Assembly: GCA_024401805.1 (NCBI GenBank)
Contig: JAKSKG010000001.1
Coordinates: 1-59,581 of the forward strand
Source: Bacteroidales bacterium
GTDB lineage: Bacteria; Bacteroidota; Bacteroidia; Bacteroidales; UBA932
Direction of reading: 5' to 3'
DNA length: 59,581 nt
The notes under the pieces were generated by a model. That model saw only the letters and a list, made by a program, of their open reading frames with translations. It did no database searches and was not told the DNA's origin. Below are positions 27,009 to 36,177 of the stretch, piece after piece; position 1 is the first letter of the stretch, and each line of letters opens with the position of its first letter. Both the position numbers and the translations under genes were made by a program.

Positions 27009-27793
27009 TCCTGGCTTGGCAATTTGGATGCATCCAATGTAAAACTGATACTTACCTTTTCTCCCATGGTCAATGCTCCAGATTCCGGTTTGGGGCTCTG
27101 GGAATAGACGAATGAGTTCAGTGTATCGTTATATGTCTTTACCGTCTCGTCAAAGCGCAGTTTCCCGACATTCAAGGAATTGTCCAGCACTGCATCTATC
27201 GCGCGCAGGTACCTGGCCCCTGTCAGATCCGGAACAAAAGTATGGCAGTCTTCACCGTTCAAGCCTACGACCAGGTCTATGGCGCTGCCGCTTTCTATCA
27301 TTGTTCCGGGTTCCACCGGCTTGTTCCTGTAAAGCTGCTTAAGTACATTGTTCGTAGCCATGTCGCTGACATAAATCAGTTTCCCTACGGTAAGGCCTTT
27401 TGAAAGTATTTCGGATTTTGCCTGACGCATGGAGTAACCTACGAGCAGAGGCATTGTAACCTTCTTTGTATTGAGCGCGTTAATTGTGACGCTGATGGTC
27501 CTGCCGTTCTTGACCTTGCTCTCCGGCTTCGGATTCTGGTAGTAAACCACACCGTGCTCCATTCTGTTGACGAATACGGAATCAGTAACCTTGACTGCAA
27601 GTCCGGTTCTCTGCGCAAGCTCCTGCGCATCCTGTACGCTCATTGCGGTGAAATCGGGAACCGTGATTTCCTTGCCGTGCCGGGTTATTACCCTTAGTAC
27701 GATGCTTGCAACTATGACTATTCCCAGAACAAACGCAGCGGCGCCAAGAAGGTTCCTGACTATTGCATTCCCAAAAAAGCTTTTACTATCCAT
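27005..27793 (-). CDS. PASTA domain-containing membrane protein
   Basis: N-terminal TM; three repeats VPDF/MPLL/VPDL...QNP/QSP. Confidence 0.85.
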   Translation of the reverse strand: MDSKSFFGNAIVRNLLGAAAFVLGIVIVASIVLRVITRHGKEITVPDFTAMSVQDAQELAQRTGLAVKVTDSVFVNRMEHGVVYYQNPKPESKVKNGRTISVTINALNTKKVTMPLLVGYSMRQAKSEILSKGLTVGKLIYVSDMATNNVLKQLYRNKPVEPGTMIESGSAIDLVVGLNGEDCHTFVPDLTGARYLRAIDAVLDNSLNVGKLRFDETVKTYNDTLNSFVYSQSPKPESGALTMGEKVSISFTLDASKLPSQE

Positions 27794-28371
27794 ACTGTTC
27801 CGAATATTGCAACAGCCCATCCGAAAATCTTGTTGATCATCACAAGGGTGTTGATGTTGAAATGTTTTCTGAATCTTGATACGATGAAAGAAAGGATGAA
27901 CCACCATGTAGCCAGTCCTATGAGGACTCCGGCAATGCATACAAGCTTGCAGTCACCTATGCCGTACAGAGCCACGAGCGCCATCATAACCACAAGAGCG
28001 GCAGGATTGGCCAACGAGAACAGGGCGGCCTGCAGAGGGAAGGACGGCGACAGTCTGGCAGCTTCCTCCTTGTTCTTGAGGTTGCGGAACGGATCCTTCA
28101 ATGCCATGAATACACCTATCCATATTATCAGGGCACCTCCTACAATAGAAATCCACTCGGTATTGTCCTGAATGAACTTTTCTACAAAACCTATTGCGAA
28201 TATGCTTATGGTCGCATACATAAGGTCCACGACAGCCGAGCCGAGTCCGGTCACGAAGCCGGCCCTGCGCCCGAAACACAAGGTTTTCTGAATTACAAGC
28301 GCGGCTACGGGCCCGAGGGGCGCAGCCGCACAGATACCTACAAGTATGGACTTCAGAAACTCTGCAAGCAT
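27760..28371 (-). CDS. LysE family translocator
   Basis: APLGPV, GFVTGLGSAVVD, ANP; multiple TM helices. Confidence 0.85.
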   Translation of the reverse strand: MLAEFLKSILVGICAAAPLGPVAALVIQKTLCFGRRAGFVTGLGSAVVDLMYATISIFAIGFVEKFIQDNTEWISIVGGALIIWIGVFMALKDPFRNLKNKEEAARLSPSFPLQAALFSLANPAALVVMMALVALYGIGDCKLVCIAGVLIGLATWWFILSFIVSRFRKHFNINTLVMINKIFGWAVAIFGTVWIVKAFLGMQ

Positions 28372-28401
28372 AACTTACAAATATAGGAATTCTTGGAAAA
28401 A

Positions 28402-31320
28402 CTAATGTGGTCCATGGCCATGTCCGTGGCCGCCCATACCTCCCGGACCACGCATTTCGGATCTGTTGAAATTGCCGAAGCGGAAAGTAAGGGATGCAAT
28501 GATGTATCTTCCAAGAGTATTGTTCACCGCTTCTGAATGATAGTTCCCGGAATCGGATACAGAAAGGTTCTTCGACTGGCCTAGTATGTCATACCCCTTG
28601 ACGGCAAGCGTGACCTTGTCCTTGAAGAGAAGTTTCTGTATCTCTGCGTCCAGGATATTCTCCGACGGCTGTTCGGTTTCATATCCGTTGTACCAGTTGT
28701 ACCTATAGTCGGACTTGATTGTCAATCCTATTGCAGTCCAGGTCCAGTTTACAGACCCCGACACCTGGTTGTTCCAGGTAAGGGTGCGGTCCTTGGTCGT
28801 GGCAAGTTCGTAGTTTGACAGATTCATTCTGGTACGGCCCTGCACGGACAGTTCCAGATTATCCCTCCTGTATATCAGGCGGAGGTTCTCGGTCGCGCCC
28901 CAGCTCCTGATGATATTCTGGTCGAAGGCGGCGTCGAACGACTCGCCGTTGTACCTTCTGAAAAACTCATTGTAGTCCAGAGCCCCGTTGTTGACAAGTT
29001 CTCCGGTGTCTATGTCCTTCCCCACATAAGTGGCGGACCTTGACCAGTTCAGGCGGGTCATGTTCATTATGGAGAACCCGGATTTGGCAATAGGAAGGTT
29101 AAGGAACATATTGCCGCCCAGATTGGCGGAAGAAGGTCCGTTGACAGGAAGCGAATATGAAACGCCGTTGGTATACCAGGTGGCATTCACTATCGGATCC
29201 TGGGTTATACCTCCGTTGAAACGTATGTTGAATGACGAGAAGGTCTTTCTATTGTTGAACCTGAAATCCCCGTTGAAATTGTGGCTGAAATATGGAGCCA
29301 GATTGGGATTACCGAACCTCATGGAAAGAGGGTTGGTGTTGTCCGGCACGCTGATAAGCTGCGAGGTGCTTGGCTGGTTGGAACGGCCGCGATAGAATAT
29401 CCTTATGTTCGCATTGTCGTTGATATCCCAGAAAAGCATCGCAGAAGGCGCCCAGTTGACTATGTTGCGCAGCGTATCCACGGCAAAGCCGGATCCGGCC
29501 TCGGTAGAGTTATGTGTCCTGGTAGGCATTGCGGCAAATCCTATCTGGGCATGCAGGTCGTCGTTCTGATACATTGCGTTGACCCCTATATTCTGGTCGA
29601 TATGTTCGTTTACGATGGAATTCGAGTAATCTGCCACCTTCATGTCCGTTACATTGTCATAGGTGGTCTTCTCCGATTTCGACTTGTTCCAGGAATAGGA
29701 ATAGTTCGCCTCGAGATAGAGGTTCCTGGCAACAGGCTCCGTGTAGGTGACGCGCCCGGTCAGGGAGTATGAATCCTGAGTCTGGTCGAAACGCTGGTTG
29801 ACGGACGAGCTTGAGACATTGTCCGCGTTGTAGGTGTTTGTGTTCGAGAAGTTGTTGCCGTCCATCTCGTTTGTCTGGACGTTGTAACGGCTCATCACCG
29901 TAACGGTACGGCCGGGTGCGCCGAGTCTTTGACGGAAAAGCAGGAATCCGTTGGTGGAAAGATTCTTGCTGTCGCCCATGGTTCTGGACTCGCTGTCATT
30001 GGTAAGTACCGGATTATATGGATCTTCGTCGAAAATCGTACTGGTACGGGTAGTGCTGTTCTGAGCATAATTGCCTCCGCCTATGTTGATTCTAGGTTCA
30101 AATACGATAGATGTATTCTTGGAGAATTCGTGCTCCAGACGCATCCCCACGCGATGGCCGAAAGTGTGGCGCGTACTGGTGTTGCGGTTCTGGGGATCTC
30201 CCGACTCGCTAAGAAGAGTACTTCCGTCAAGATAAGTCTTCCTGCTGCTGTATTCGTTCACGTCTGTCTTGGAGCCGTTATACAGATAGTTGCCTCCTAG
30301 TTCCATCCTGTCGTCGAAGAGGTTGCCGGCAATGTTGCCTCCACCCATATACGAGGTTGTGATTCCGTTGCCCGAGCCCCAGCCTCCCTGGCCACGGCCC
30401 ATCATTCCGCCACCGCCCATCATTCCGCCCATCATAGATCCGGCGAAATCATTGAAACCACGGTTGTTTGTATTGTTTGCGTTAGCTATGACGCTTATCT
30501 GGTTCTTGTCCGTGAAACGGCCGAGGAACCCTGCGCTCTGGAAACGGGTGTCCCCACCCACGTCCATAAGGTCATGGCCGGCCCCGCCCATCACGTTACC
30601 GAACGTTCCCTTCATCATTCCCGGACGTATGCTCAAGTCTATGACTGTCTCGGTCTCACCGTCGTCGATTCCGGTGAATTCCGCCTGCTCCGACTTCTTG
30701 TCCACGACCTTGACCTTGTTGATGATCTTGGCCGGAAGATTCTTGGAAGCCAATTGAGGATCATCCAGGAAGAAAGTCTTGCCGTCTATGGTTATTTTGC
30801 TGATCGACTGCCCGTTGACGCTGATGGTTCCGTCTTCCGACACCTCCACTCCAGGGAGCTTCTTGAGAAGGTCTTCCAGAACGTCGTTGTCTGTTGTCTT
30901 GAACGAACTGGCGTTGTACTCTATCGTGTCTTTCTTGACTACGATAGGATTTCCTACGGCAGAGACCTGGGCGGCATCCAGCAGCTGCTGGTCCGGGTCC
31001 ATCCTCATCTCTCCGAGATCCGTCTTTTCAGGAAACTTGAAGTCCACCGTCACAGGCTTGTAGCCCATAAGCTCGGCCTTGACAGTATATTCGCCTTTGC
31101 GTATTCCCTGGAAAAGCACCGATCCGTCCTCGGCGCTCAATGAATATTTGAGCACGGCAGAGGCTCCCTTTCTGGATAGCGACACCGTCGCAAAACCCAC
31201 AGGCTCGCCTGTCTGTGAATCTGATAATTTCGCCTTCAACTGGGATTCCTGAGCCCATCCGGGCACAATCGTTCCCGCAAGCAGAGTGACTGCCAATAAA
31301 ATCCTTGACAACAATTTCAT
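28402..31320 (-). CDS. Outer-membrane beta-barrel protein with N-terminal carboxypeptidase-regulatory-like and plug-like domains
   Basis: GEPVGFATV, KKDTIEYNA, EDLLKKLPGVEV, FGNPNLAP, C-terminal LTFRF. Confidence 0.82.
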   Translation of the reverse strand: MKLLSRILLAVTLLAGTIVPGWAQESQLKAKLSDSQTGEPVGFATVSLSRKGASAVLKYSLSAEDGSVLFQGIRKGEYTVKAELMGYKPVTVDFKFPEKTDLGEMRMDPDQQLLDAAQVSAVGNPIVVKKDTIEYNASSFKTTDNDVLEDLLKKLPGVEVSEDGTISVNGQSISKITIDGKTFFLDDPQLASKNLPAKIINKVKVVDKKSEQAEFTGIDDGETETVIDLSIRPGMMKGTFGNVMGGAGHDLMDVGGDTRFQSAGFLGRFTDKNQISVIANANNTNNRGFNDFAGSMMGGMMGGGGMMGRGQGGWGSGNGITTSYMGGGNIAGNLFDDRMELGGNYLYNGSKTDVNEYSSRKTYLDGSTLLSESGDPQNRNTSTRHTFGHRVGMRLEHEFSKNTSIVFEPRINIGGGNYAQNSTTRTSTIFDEDPYNPVLTNDSESRTMGDSKNLSTNGFLLFRQRLGAPGRTVTVMSRYNVQTNEMDGNNFSNTNTYNADNVSSSSVNQRFDQTQDSYSLTGRVTYTEPVARNLYLEANYSYSWNKSKSEKTTYDNVTDMKVADYSNSIVNEHIDQNIGVNAMYQNDDLHAQIGFAAMPTRTHNSTEAGSGFAVDTLRNIVNWAPSAMLFWDINDNANIRIFYRGRSNQPSTSQLISVPDNTNPLSMRFGNPNLAPYFSHNFNGDFRFNNRKTFSSFNIRFNGGITQDPIVNATWYTNGVSYSLPVNGPSSANLGGNMFLNLPIAKSGFSIMNMTRLNWSRSATYVGKDIDTGELVNNGALDYNEFFRRYNGESFDAAFDQNIIRSWGATENLRLIYRRDNLELSVQGRTRMNLSNYELATTKDRTLTWNNQVSGSVNWTWTAIGLTIKSDYRYNWYNGYETEQPSENILDAEIQKLLFKDKVTLAVKGYDILGQSKNLSVSDSGNYHSEAVNNTLGRYIIASLTFRFGNFNRSEMRGPGGMGGHGHGHGPH

Positions 31321-31328
31321 AAATACAA

Positions 31329-31886
31329 CTACTTTATCCTACCTGGATTGGCCTGTATGAATTTCTCCCAGGAAGTCGCGGCAGCGGTGCTGGTGAGAGG
31401 ACTGGTCAATTGGTAATAATGACACATTGCGATAGCAAGAGCATCGGTAGCGTCGAGAAATTTTTCATCAAAGTTTATGCCAAGAGTTTTCTGAACCATC
31501 AGCGAGACCTGCTCCTTGGATGCGGCTCCGTTGCCGCAGATGGCCATCTTGGCCTTTCTTGGAGCATACTCGAATACTGGTATACCCCTGCTGATGGCAG
31601 CAATCATCGCCGAGCCCTGCGCCCGGCCGAGTTTGAGTATGACCTGCGCGTTCTTTCCGTAGAACGGAGACTCCAAGGCCATGTCATCCGGATGGTACAG
31701 ATCGCAAAGCGCTCCGACCTTCTCGGATATTATGCCGAGTTTTTCATAAGCGTCCCTGGCTTTTCTGAGGTCCAGAACGCCCATATCCACGAACTCGGGC
31801 CTGGAGGCCGCATTTACCCGCACAATCCCGAAACCAAGTATGTTGGTTCCGGGATCGATTCCGAGTATAGTGCGTGTCTTAGTCAA
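31329..31886 (-). CDS. ruvC: Holliday junction endonuclease RuvC
   Basis: ILGIDPG, E..F, ASKEQV, DATDALAIA. Confidence 0.95.
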   Translation of the reverse strand: MTKTRTILGIDPGTNILGFGIVRVNAASRPEFVDMGVLDLRKARDAYEKLGIISEKVGALCDLYHPDDMALESPFYGKNAQVILKLGRAQGSAMIAAISRGIPVFEYAPRKAKMAICGNGAASKEQVSLMVQKTLGINFDEKFLDATDALAIAMCHYYQLTSPLTSTAAATSWEKFIQANPGRIK

Positions 31887-33150
31887 TCTTGTCGAATCCT
31901 GTATATGGTCTGAGCACCTCAGGGATAACGATGCCTTCCGGAGTCTGGAAAGCCTCCAGCAAAGCGGCTACGACTCTTGGCAGGGCAAGCGAACTGCCGT
32001 TCAGGGTATGGCACAGCTGTGTCTTGCCTTCTGAATCGCGGTAACGCAGATGCAGACGGTTTGCCTGATATGTCTCGAAGTTTGAAACGGATGAGATCTC
32101 AAGCCAGCGCTCCTGTGCTGCAGACCACAACTCGAAGTCATAAGTTATGGCAGATGTGAACGACATGTCCCCGCCGCAAAGTCTGAGAATGCGGTACTTG
32201 AGTCCGAGCTTGTTCACTATGGACTCCACGTGGGCGACCATATCGTCGAGAGCGGCATAGCTGTTCTCCGGTTTTTCCACGCGTACGATCTCGACCTTGT
32301 CGAACTGATGCAGACGGTTCAGGCCTCGTACATCCTTTCCGTAGCTTCCTGCCTCGCGGCGGAAGCAAGGAGTGTATGCGGTCATCTTCTGAGGGACCTC
32401 GTTTTCCTGAAGGATCACATCGCGGAAAATATTCGTCACAGGAACCTCGGCTGTCGGAACCATATAGAAATCATCCAATGTGGCGTGATACATCTGGCCT
32501 TCCTTGTCCGGCAGCTGGCCGGTGCCGAATCCCGAATCCTTGTTGACCATGACAGGAGGTTCCACCTCAAGGTAGCCGTCCTGAGTGTTGCAGTCCAGGA
32601 AGAAGTTGATCAGAGCTCTCTGGAGCTTGGCGCCCTTGCCTTTGTATACAGGGAAACCTGCTCCGGTAAGTTTGACTCCGAGGTCGAAGTCTATGATATC
32701 ATATTTCTTTGCGAGTTCCCAGTGAGGAAGCGCGCCCTCCGGGAGGTTGTACTCCGGTCCGCCCATCTTCACGACAAGGTTGTCCGCAGCGCCGGTTCCC
32801 TCCGGTACGAGGTCACAAGGAATGTTAGGAAGAAGCACTATCTGGTCCATCATCTCCTTCTCCGCTGCATCCAGCTGTGCAAGGAGTTCACCCGAACGCG
32901 CCTTCATCCGGGCAACCTCGGCCTTTGCGGCTTCGGCCTCGGCCTTGAGGCCCTGCTTCATGAAGTTTCCTATCTCTGCGGCCTTGGCTTTCTGCTGGGA
33001 AAGAATACCATCGCTTTCTGTCTGGAGCGCGCGGCGCCTGGTGTCAAGAGCAAGAACGGCGTCAACCACGGGCTTTGCGTCGAAATGCTTCTTGGCCAAC
33101 TTTGTGATGACTCCCTGGGGGTCTTCACGCAACATTTTAAGTGTCAACAT
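31879..33150 (-). CDS. serS: Serine--tRNA ligase
   Basis: PTAEVP, FRREAGSYG, HQFDKVE, EISSVSN, HTLNGS. Confidence 0.97.
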   Translation of the reverse strand: MLTLKMLREDPQGVITKLAKKHFDAKPVVDAVLALDTRRRALQTESDGILSQQKAKAAEIGNFMKQGLKAEAEAAKAEVARMKARSGELLAQLDAAEKEMMDQIVLLPNIPCDLVPEGTGAADNLVVKMGGPEYNLPEGALPHWELAKKYDIIDFDLGVKLTGAGFPVYKGKGAKLQRALINFFLDCNTQDGYLEVEPPVMVNKDSGFGTGQLPDKEGQMYHATLDDFYMVPTAEVPVTNIFRDVILQENEVPQKMTAYTPCFRREAGSYGKDVRGLNRLHQFDKVEIVRVEKPENSYAALDDMVAHVESIVNKLGLKYRILRLCGGDMSFTSAITYDFELWSAAQERWLEISSVSNFETYQANRLHLRYRDSEGKTQLCHTLNGSSLALPRVVAALLEAFQTPEGIVIPEVLRPYTGFDKID

Positions 33151-33164
33151 ATTGAAATCATATT

Positions 33165-33200
33165 AAAAAAGGGCCTACACTTGACTCGAAGTGTAAGCCC
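33165..33200 (-). terminator. Terminator after rpmA
   Basis: GGGCCTACACTT/AAGTGTAAGCCC stem with A6 on plus (U-tract on minus). Confidence 0.65.
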
Positions 33201-33223
33201 CATTCTTCTTTTCACCCTCCGAG

Positions 33224-33484
33224 TTAGTTCTCAAAAGGAATTACCGATACGTAAGATTTGTTTTCTCTCTTACGGCTGAACTTTACGGTTCCGTCTATGA
33301 GAGCGTAGAGAGTGTGGTCCTTGCCCATTCCGACGTTCTTGTCCGGATTGTGGACTGTACCTCTCTGACGAACGATGATATTACCGGCTTTTACAACCTC
33401 ACCACCAAATTTCTTGAGACCAAGGCGCTTGCTTTGGGACTCACGACCGTTCTTTGAACTGGATTGACCTTTCTTGTGTGCCAT
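33224..33484 (-). CDS. rpmA: 50S ribosomal protein L27
   Basis: MAHKKG..S.KNGRES..KRLG, RQRGT. Confidence 0.98.
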   Translation of the reverse strand: MAHKKGQSSSKNGRESQSKRLGLKKFGGEVVKAGNIIVRQRGTVHNPDKNVGMGKDHTLYALIDGTVKFSRKRENKSYVSVIPFEN

Positions 33485-33496
33485 AATCTTCTGAAA

Positions 33497-33808
33497 TTAA
33501 GCGATTTCGTTAATCTTGATCTTAGTGAGTTTCTGACGATGTCCGTTGCAGGTCTGGAAACCTTTGCGGCGGATCTTCTTGAATACGATGACCTTCTTGG
33601 CCCTGCACTCGTCACAAACAACAGTAGCCTTGACTACTGCACCCTTTACATAAGGAGCGCCGACCTTTACCTTACCCTCATTGTCTACGAGGAGGACCTT
33701 GTCGAACTCCACATCAGCACCTTTGGCCGCAGCAAGACGCGGAACAAAGATCTCGATGCCAGCCTCTACTTTCATCTGCTGGCCTGCGATGTCTACGATA
33801 GCGTACAT
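33497..33808 (-). CDS. rplU: 50S ribosomal protein L21
   Basis: MYAIV..GQQ.KV, GAPYV, GHRQ. Confidence 0.98.
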   Translation of the reverse strand: MYAIVDIAGQQMKVEAGIEIFVPRLAAAKGADVEFDKVLLVDNEGKVKVGAPYVKGAVVKATVVCDECRAKKVIVFKKIRRKGFQTCNGHRQKLTKIKINEIA

Positions 33809-33971
33809 CTTAAAAAACTTATTTAAAGTTTCAACCGTAAGCGTCTGCTCTCGAAGCAGCTCTTTATCAATGGCTTAGCGGTCATACAATATTTTCAGCC
33901 TGCAAATTTAGATTTTTTTTGCCGAACTGCCAAATTATTTCGTACTTTTGCCTGCGAAACACATTTGTTAT

Positions 33972-35123
33972 ATGGAGACCAACATTGTCTATTCAAAACC
34001 CGTAACAGGCAAGAATTTCATAGGTCGCAAGAACGAATCCATCATACTGGGAAACCTGCTGCGCCAGGGAGAGAACGTTGTCATATACGAGGCTCCCAAG
34101 ACCGGCAAGACATCGCTTATTCAGCAGACCTTCTTCAATATGAGAACGTCGGGAGAAATGTTCTCCCTGGCCGATTTCTCGCTAGACAACGTCCGCACGT
34201 CGGCGGATTTCATGCTCAGGCTGGGTTCCGAGGTCCTCAAGGCCGCGACTTCGTCGCCCGAGGAATATCCCGGACTGGTGGAACGGTACCTGGGAGGCAC
34301 CCACTTTGTCTTTGACGAGGACATCTTTGCAGCCAAGGGGCAGGTCATCTCACTGAACTGGGATCTGGACCTCAATGATATGGATGCCGTGATAACCCTC
34401 CCGTACAGGATGGCGGAGGATTCCGGCCAGCGCATATACATAATAATCGACGAGTTCCAGAACGTGATGCTTACCGAGGACGGCGAGAAGCTGCTCAAGA
34501 CAATGGAAAGCATAATGAAGGGGGTACAGGGGCCCCAGCGCAAGATGGCCACGTTCCTGTTCTGCGGTTCAAGGGTGAACGCGATGAAATTCATATTCGA
34601 GCAGAAGCGATATTTCCACCGCCAGATCGAAAGGGTCAAGCTGTCGCCGATAGAAGACAAGACCATCGCAGATGCCAACATAAAGATGTTCCTGTCCAAC
34701 GGAAAGGTGATAGACAGGGACCTCATGCTGGGCACCTGCCGGCTTTTCCGCAACAATGTGTGGTACATCAACCATTTCTGCGCCATCTGCAACGGAATAG
34801 CAAAGGGTTACATTATGGAAAGCATGCTGGAGGAAGCCCTCAGCGAGATGATAGCCATACACGAGCCGAGGTTCAAGGCCATCATGGCAGACCTCACGAC
34901 CTTCCAGATCTGCCTTCTCAGGGCCATAATGGACGGTTACACGAAATTCAGTTCCGCCGAGGTTATTGAAAGGTACAACCTGAATTCATCCGCCAACGTA
35001 CGCAGACTCAAGGACGCGCTGTGCAAGAAAGAGATAGTGACGTTCTCGGACCGTGAGGACCCCGAAATACTGGACCCTCTGTTCGAGTACTGGGTGGGCA
35101 AATATTTCTTCGAGATACAATGA
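33972..35123 (+). CDS. AAA/STAND-like ATPase (archaeal-ATPase type) with C-terminal wHTH
   Basis: FIGR, Walker A APKTGKTS, Walker B IIIDEFQ, CGS, DPLFEYW. Confidence 0.82.
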   Translation: METNIVYSKPVTGKNFIGRKNESIILGNLLRQGENVVIYEAPKTGKTSLIQQTFFNMRTSGEMFSLADFSLDNVRTSADFMLRLGSEVLKAATSSPEEYPGLVERYLGGTHFVFDEDIFAAKGQVISLNWDLDLNDMDAVITLPYRMAEDSGQRIYIIIDEFQNVMLTEDGEKLLKTMESIMKGVQGPQRKMATFLFCGSRVNAMKFIFEQKRYFHRQIERVKLSPIEDKTIADANIKMFLSNGKVIDRDLMLGTCRLFRNNVWYINHFCAICNGIAKGYIMESMLEEALSEMIAIHEPRFKAIMADLTTFQICLLRAIMDGYTKFSSAEVIERYNLNSSANVRRLKDALCKKEIVTFSDREDPEILDPLFEYWVGKYFFEIQ

Positions 35124-35827
35124 AACAAAGGATAGCGGTACTTACCGGAGCAGGGGTCAGCGCAGAGAGCGGACTCGGCACATACAGGGACAACGGTGGT
35201 CTCTGGGACAATTACGACCCTATGGAAGTGGCTTCCATACAGGGATGGTGCCTGGACCGCAGGAAGGTGCTGGATTTCTACAACATGCAGAGGTCCAAAC
35301 TTCGCGACTGCCGCCCCAACGAAGCGCATCTGCTTATCGCAGAACTCGAAAAGGATTACCTGGTGGACGTCATTACCCAGAACGTGGACAACCTGCACGA
35401 GAGGGCCGGTTCCACCCACGTGGTGCACCTCCACGGAGAAGTGACCAAGGTCCGGCCGGAGAACTGCTGCAACGAGCAGGACGGGTTTTCCGAGAAATCG
35501 GTCATAGACGTGGGATATGACAATGTGAACCTGGGCGACAAGGCTCCAAACGGAGTGCAGCTGAGACCGCATATCGTGTTCTTCGGAGAGTCTGTTCCCA
35601 AGATGGAAAGAGCCATAGACCTTGTAAGCAAGGCGGATATTGTGCTCATAGTAGGAACTTCACTGCAGGTTTATCCGGCGGCGGGACTGTACCGCTATGC
35701 CGGTTCGGACGTGCCCATATATATAATAGACCCCGCCGACGTCTCCCTGCGGGACAGCAGGATCAGGCACATCAGGAAAGTCGCCACGGAAGGGATGAAG
35801 GATTTTTTGGAGAATCTGAAAAAATAA
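35120..35827 (+). CDS. cobB: Sir2 family NAD-dependent protein deacylase
   Basis: TGAGVSAESG, PNEAH, TQNVDNLHERAGS, HLHG, RPHIVFFGE, GTSLQVYPAA. Confidence 0.92.
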   Translation: MKQRIAVLTGAGVSAESGLGTYRDNGGLWDNYDPMEVASIQGWCLDRRKVLDFYNMQRSKLRDCRPNEAHLLIAELEKDYLVDVITQNVDNLHERAGSTHVVHLHGEVTKVRPENCCNEQDGFSEKSVIDVGYDNVNLGDKAPNGVQLRPHIVFFGESVPKMERAIDLVSKADIVLIVGTSLQVYPAAGLYRYAGSDVPIYIIDPADVSLRDSRIRHIRKVATEGMKDFLENLKK

Positions 35828-35844
35828 CTACCTTTGCGGTCCAA

Positions 35845-35860
35845 AGAAAAAGGAGGTGAT
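35845..35860 (+). promoter_or_regulatory. Extended Shine-Dalgarno of rpsU
   Basis: AAAGGAGGTGAT ending 6 nt before the ATG; TACCTTTG promoter element at 35829-35836. Confidence 0.8.
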
Positions 35861-35866
35861 TTCAGG

Positions 35867-36061
35867 ATGATTATCGTACCAGTAAAAGAAGGTGAGAATA
35901 TCGAAAGAGCTCTTAAGAAATTCAAGCGCAAATTCGAGAAGACCGGTGCAGTTCGCGAGCTCCGCGCACGCAAGAACTTCGAGAAACCTTCAGAGATCAA
36001 GCGTAAGGCTATGCAGAAGGCCATCTACGTTCAGCACCTCCGTCTTGAAGACGAGCAGTAA
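35867..36061 (+). CDS. rpsU: 30S ribosomal protein bS21
   Basis: MIIVPVKEGENIERALKKFKRK...FEKPS. Confidence 0.97.
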   Translation: MIIVPVKEGENIERALKKFKRKFEKTGAVRELRARKNFEKPSEIKRKAMQKAIYVQHLRLEDEQ

Positions 36062-36077
36062 TAACTGAAATACATTT

Positions 36078-36114
36078 AAAAAAGTGGCATCCTTCGTCGG
36101 ATGTCACTTTTTTT
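36078..36114. terminator. Terminator after rpsU
   Basis: A6-GTGGCATCC-loop-GGATGTCAC-T7. Confidence 0.85.
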
Positions 36115-36177
36115 ATTGTCTTTTTTCATATCTTTGCATTAACCGACTCGTTAGACAATATAGTTAACAATACGGAT

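Noticed and set aside
33972-35827. ATPase + Sir2 overlap as a Sir2-type anti-phage system
   Set aside because: The sirtuin has all canonical CobB deacylase motifs, host-like composition and a housekeeping neighbourhood (rplU, rpsU)
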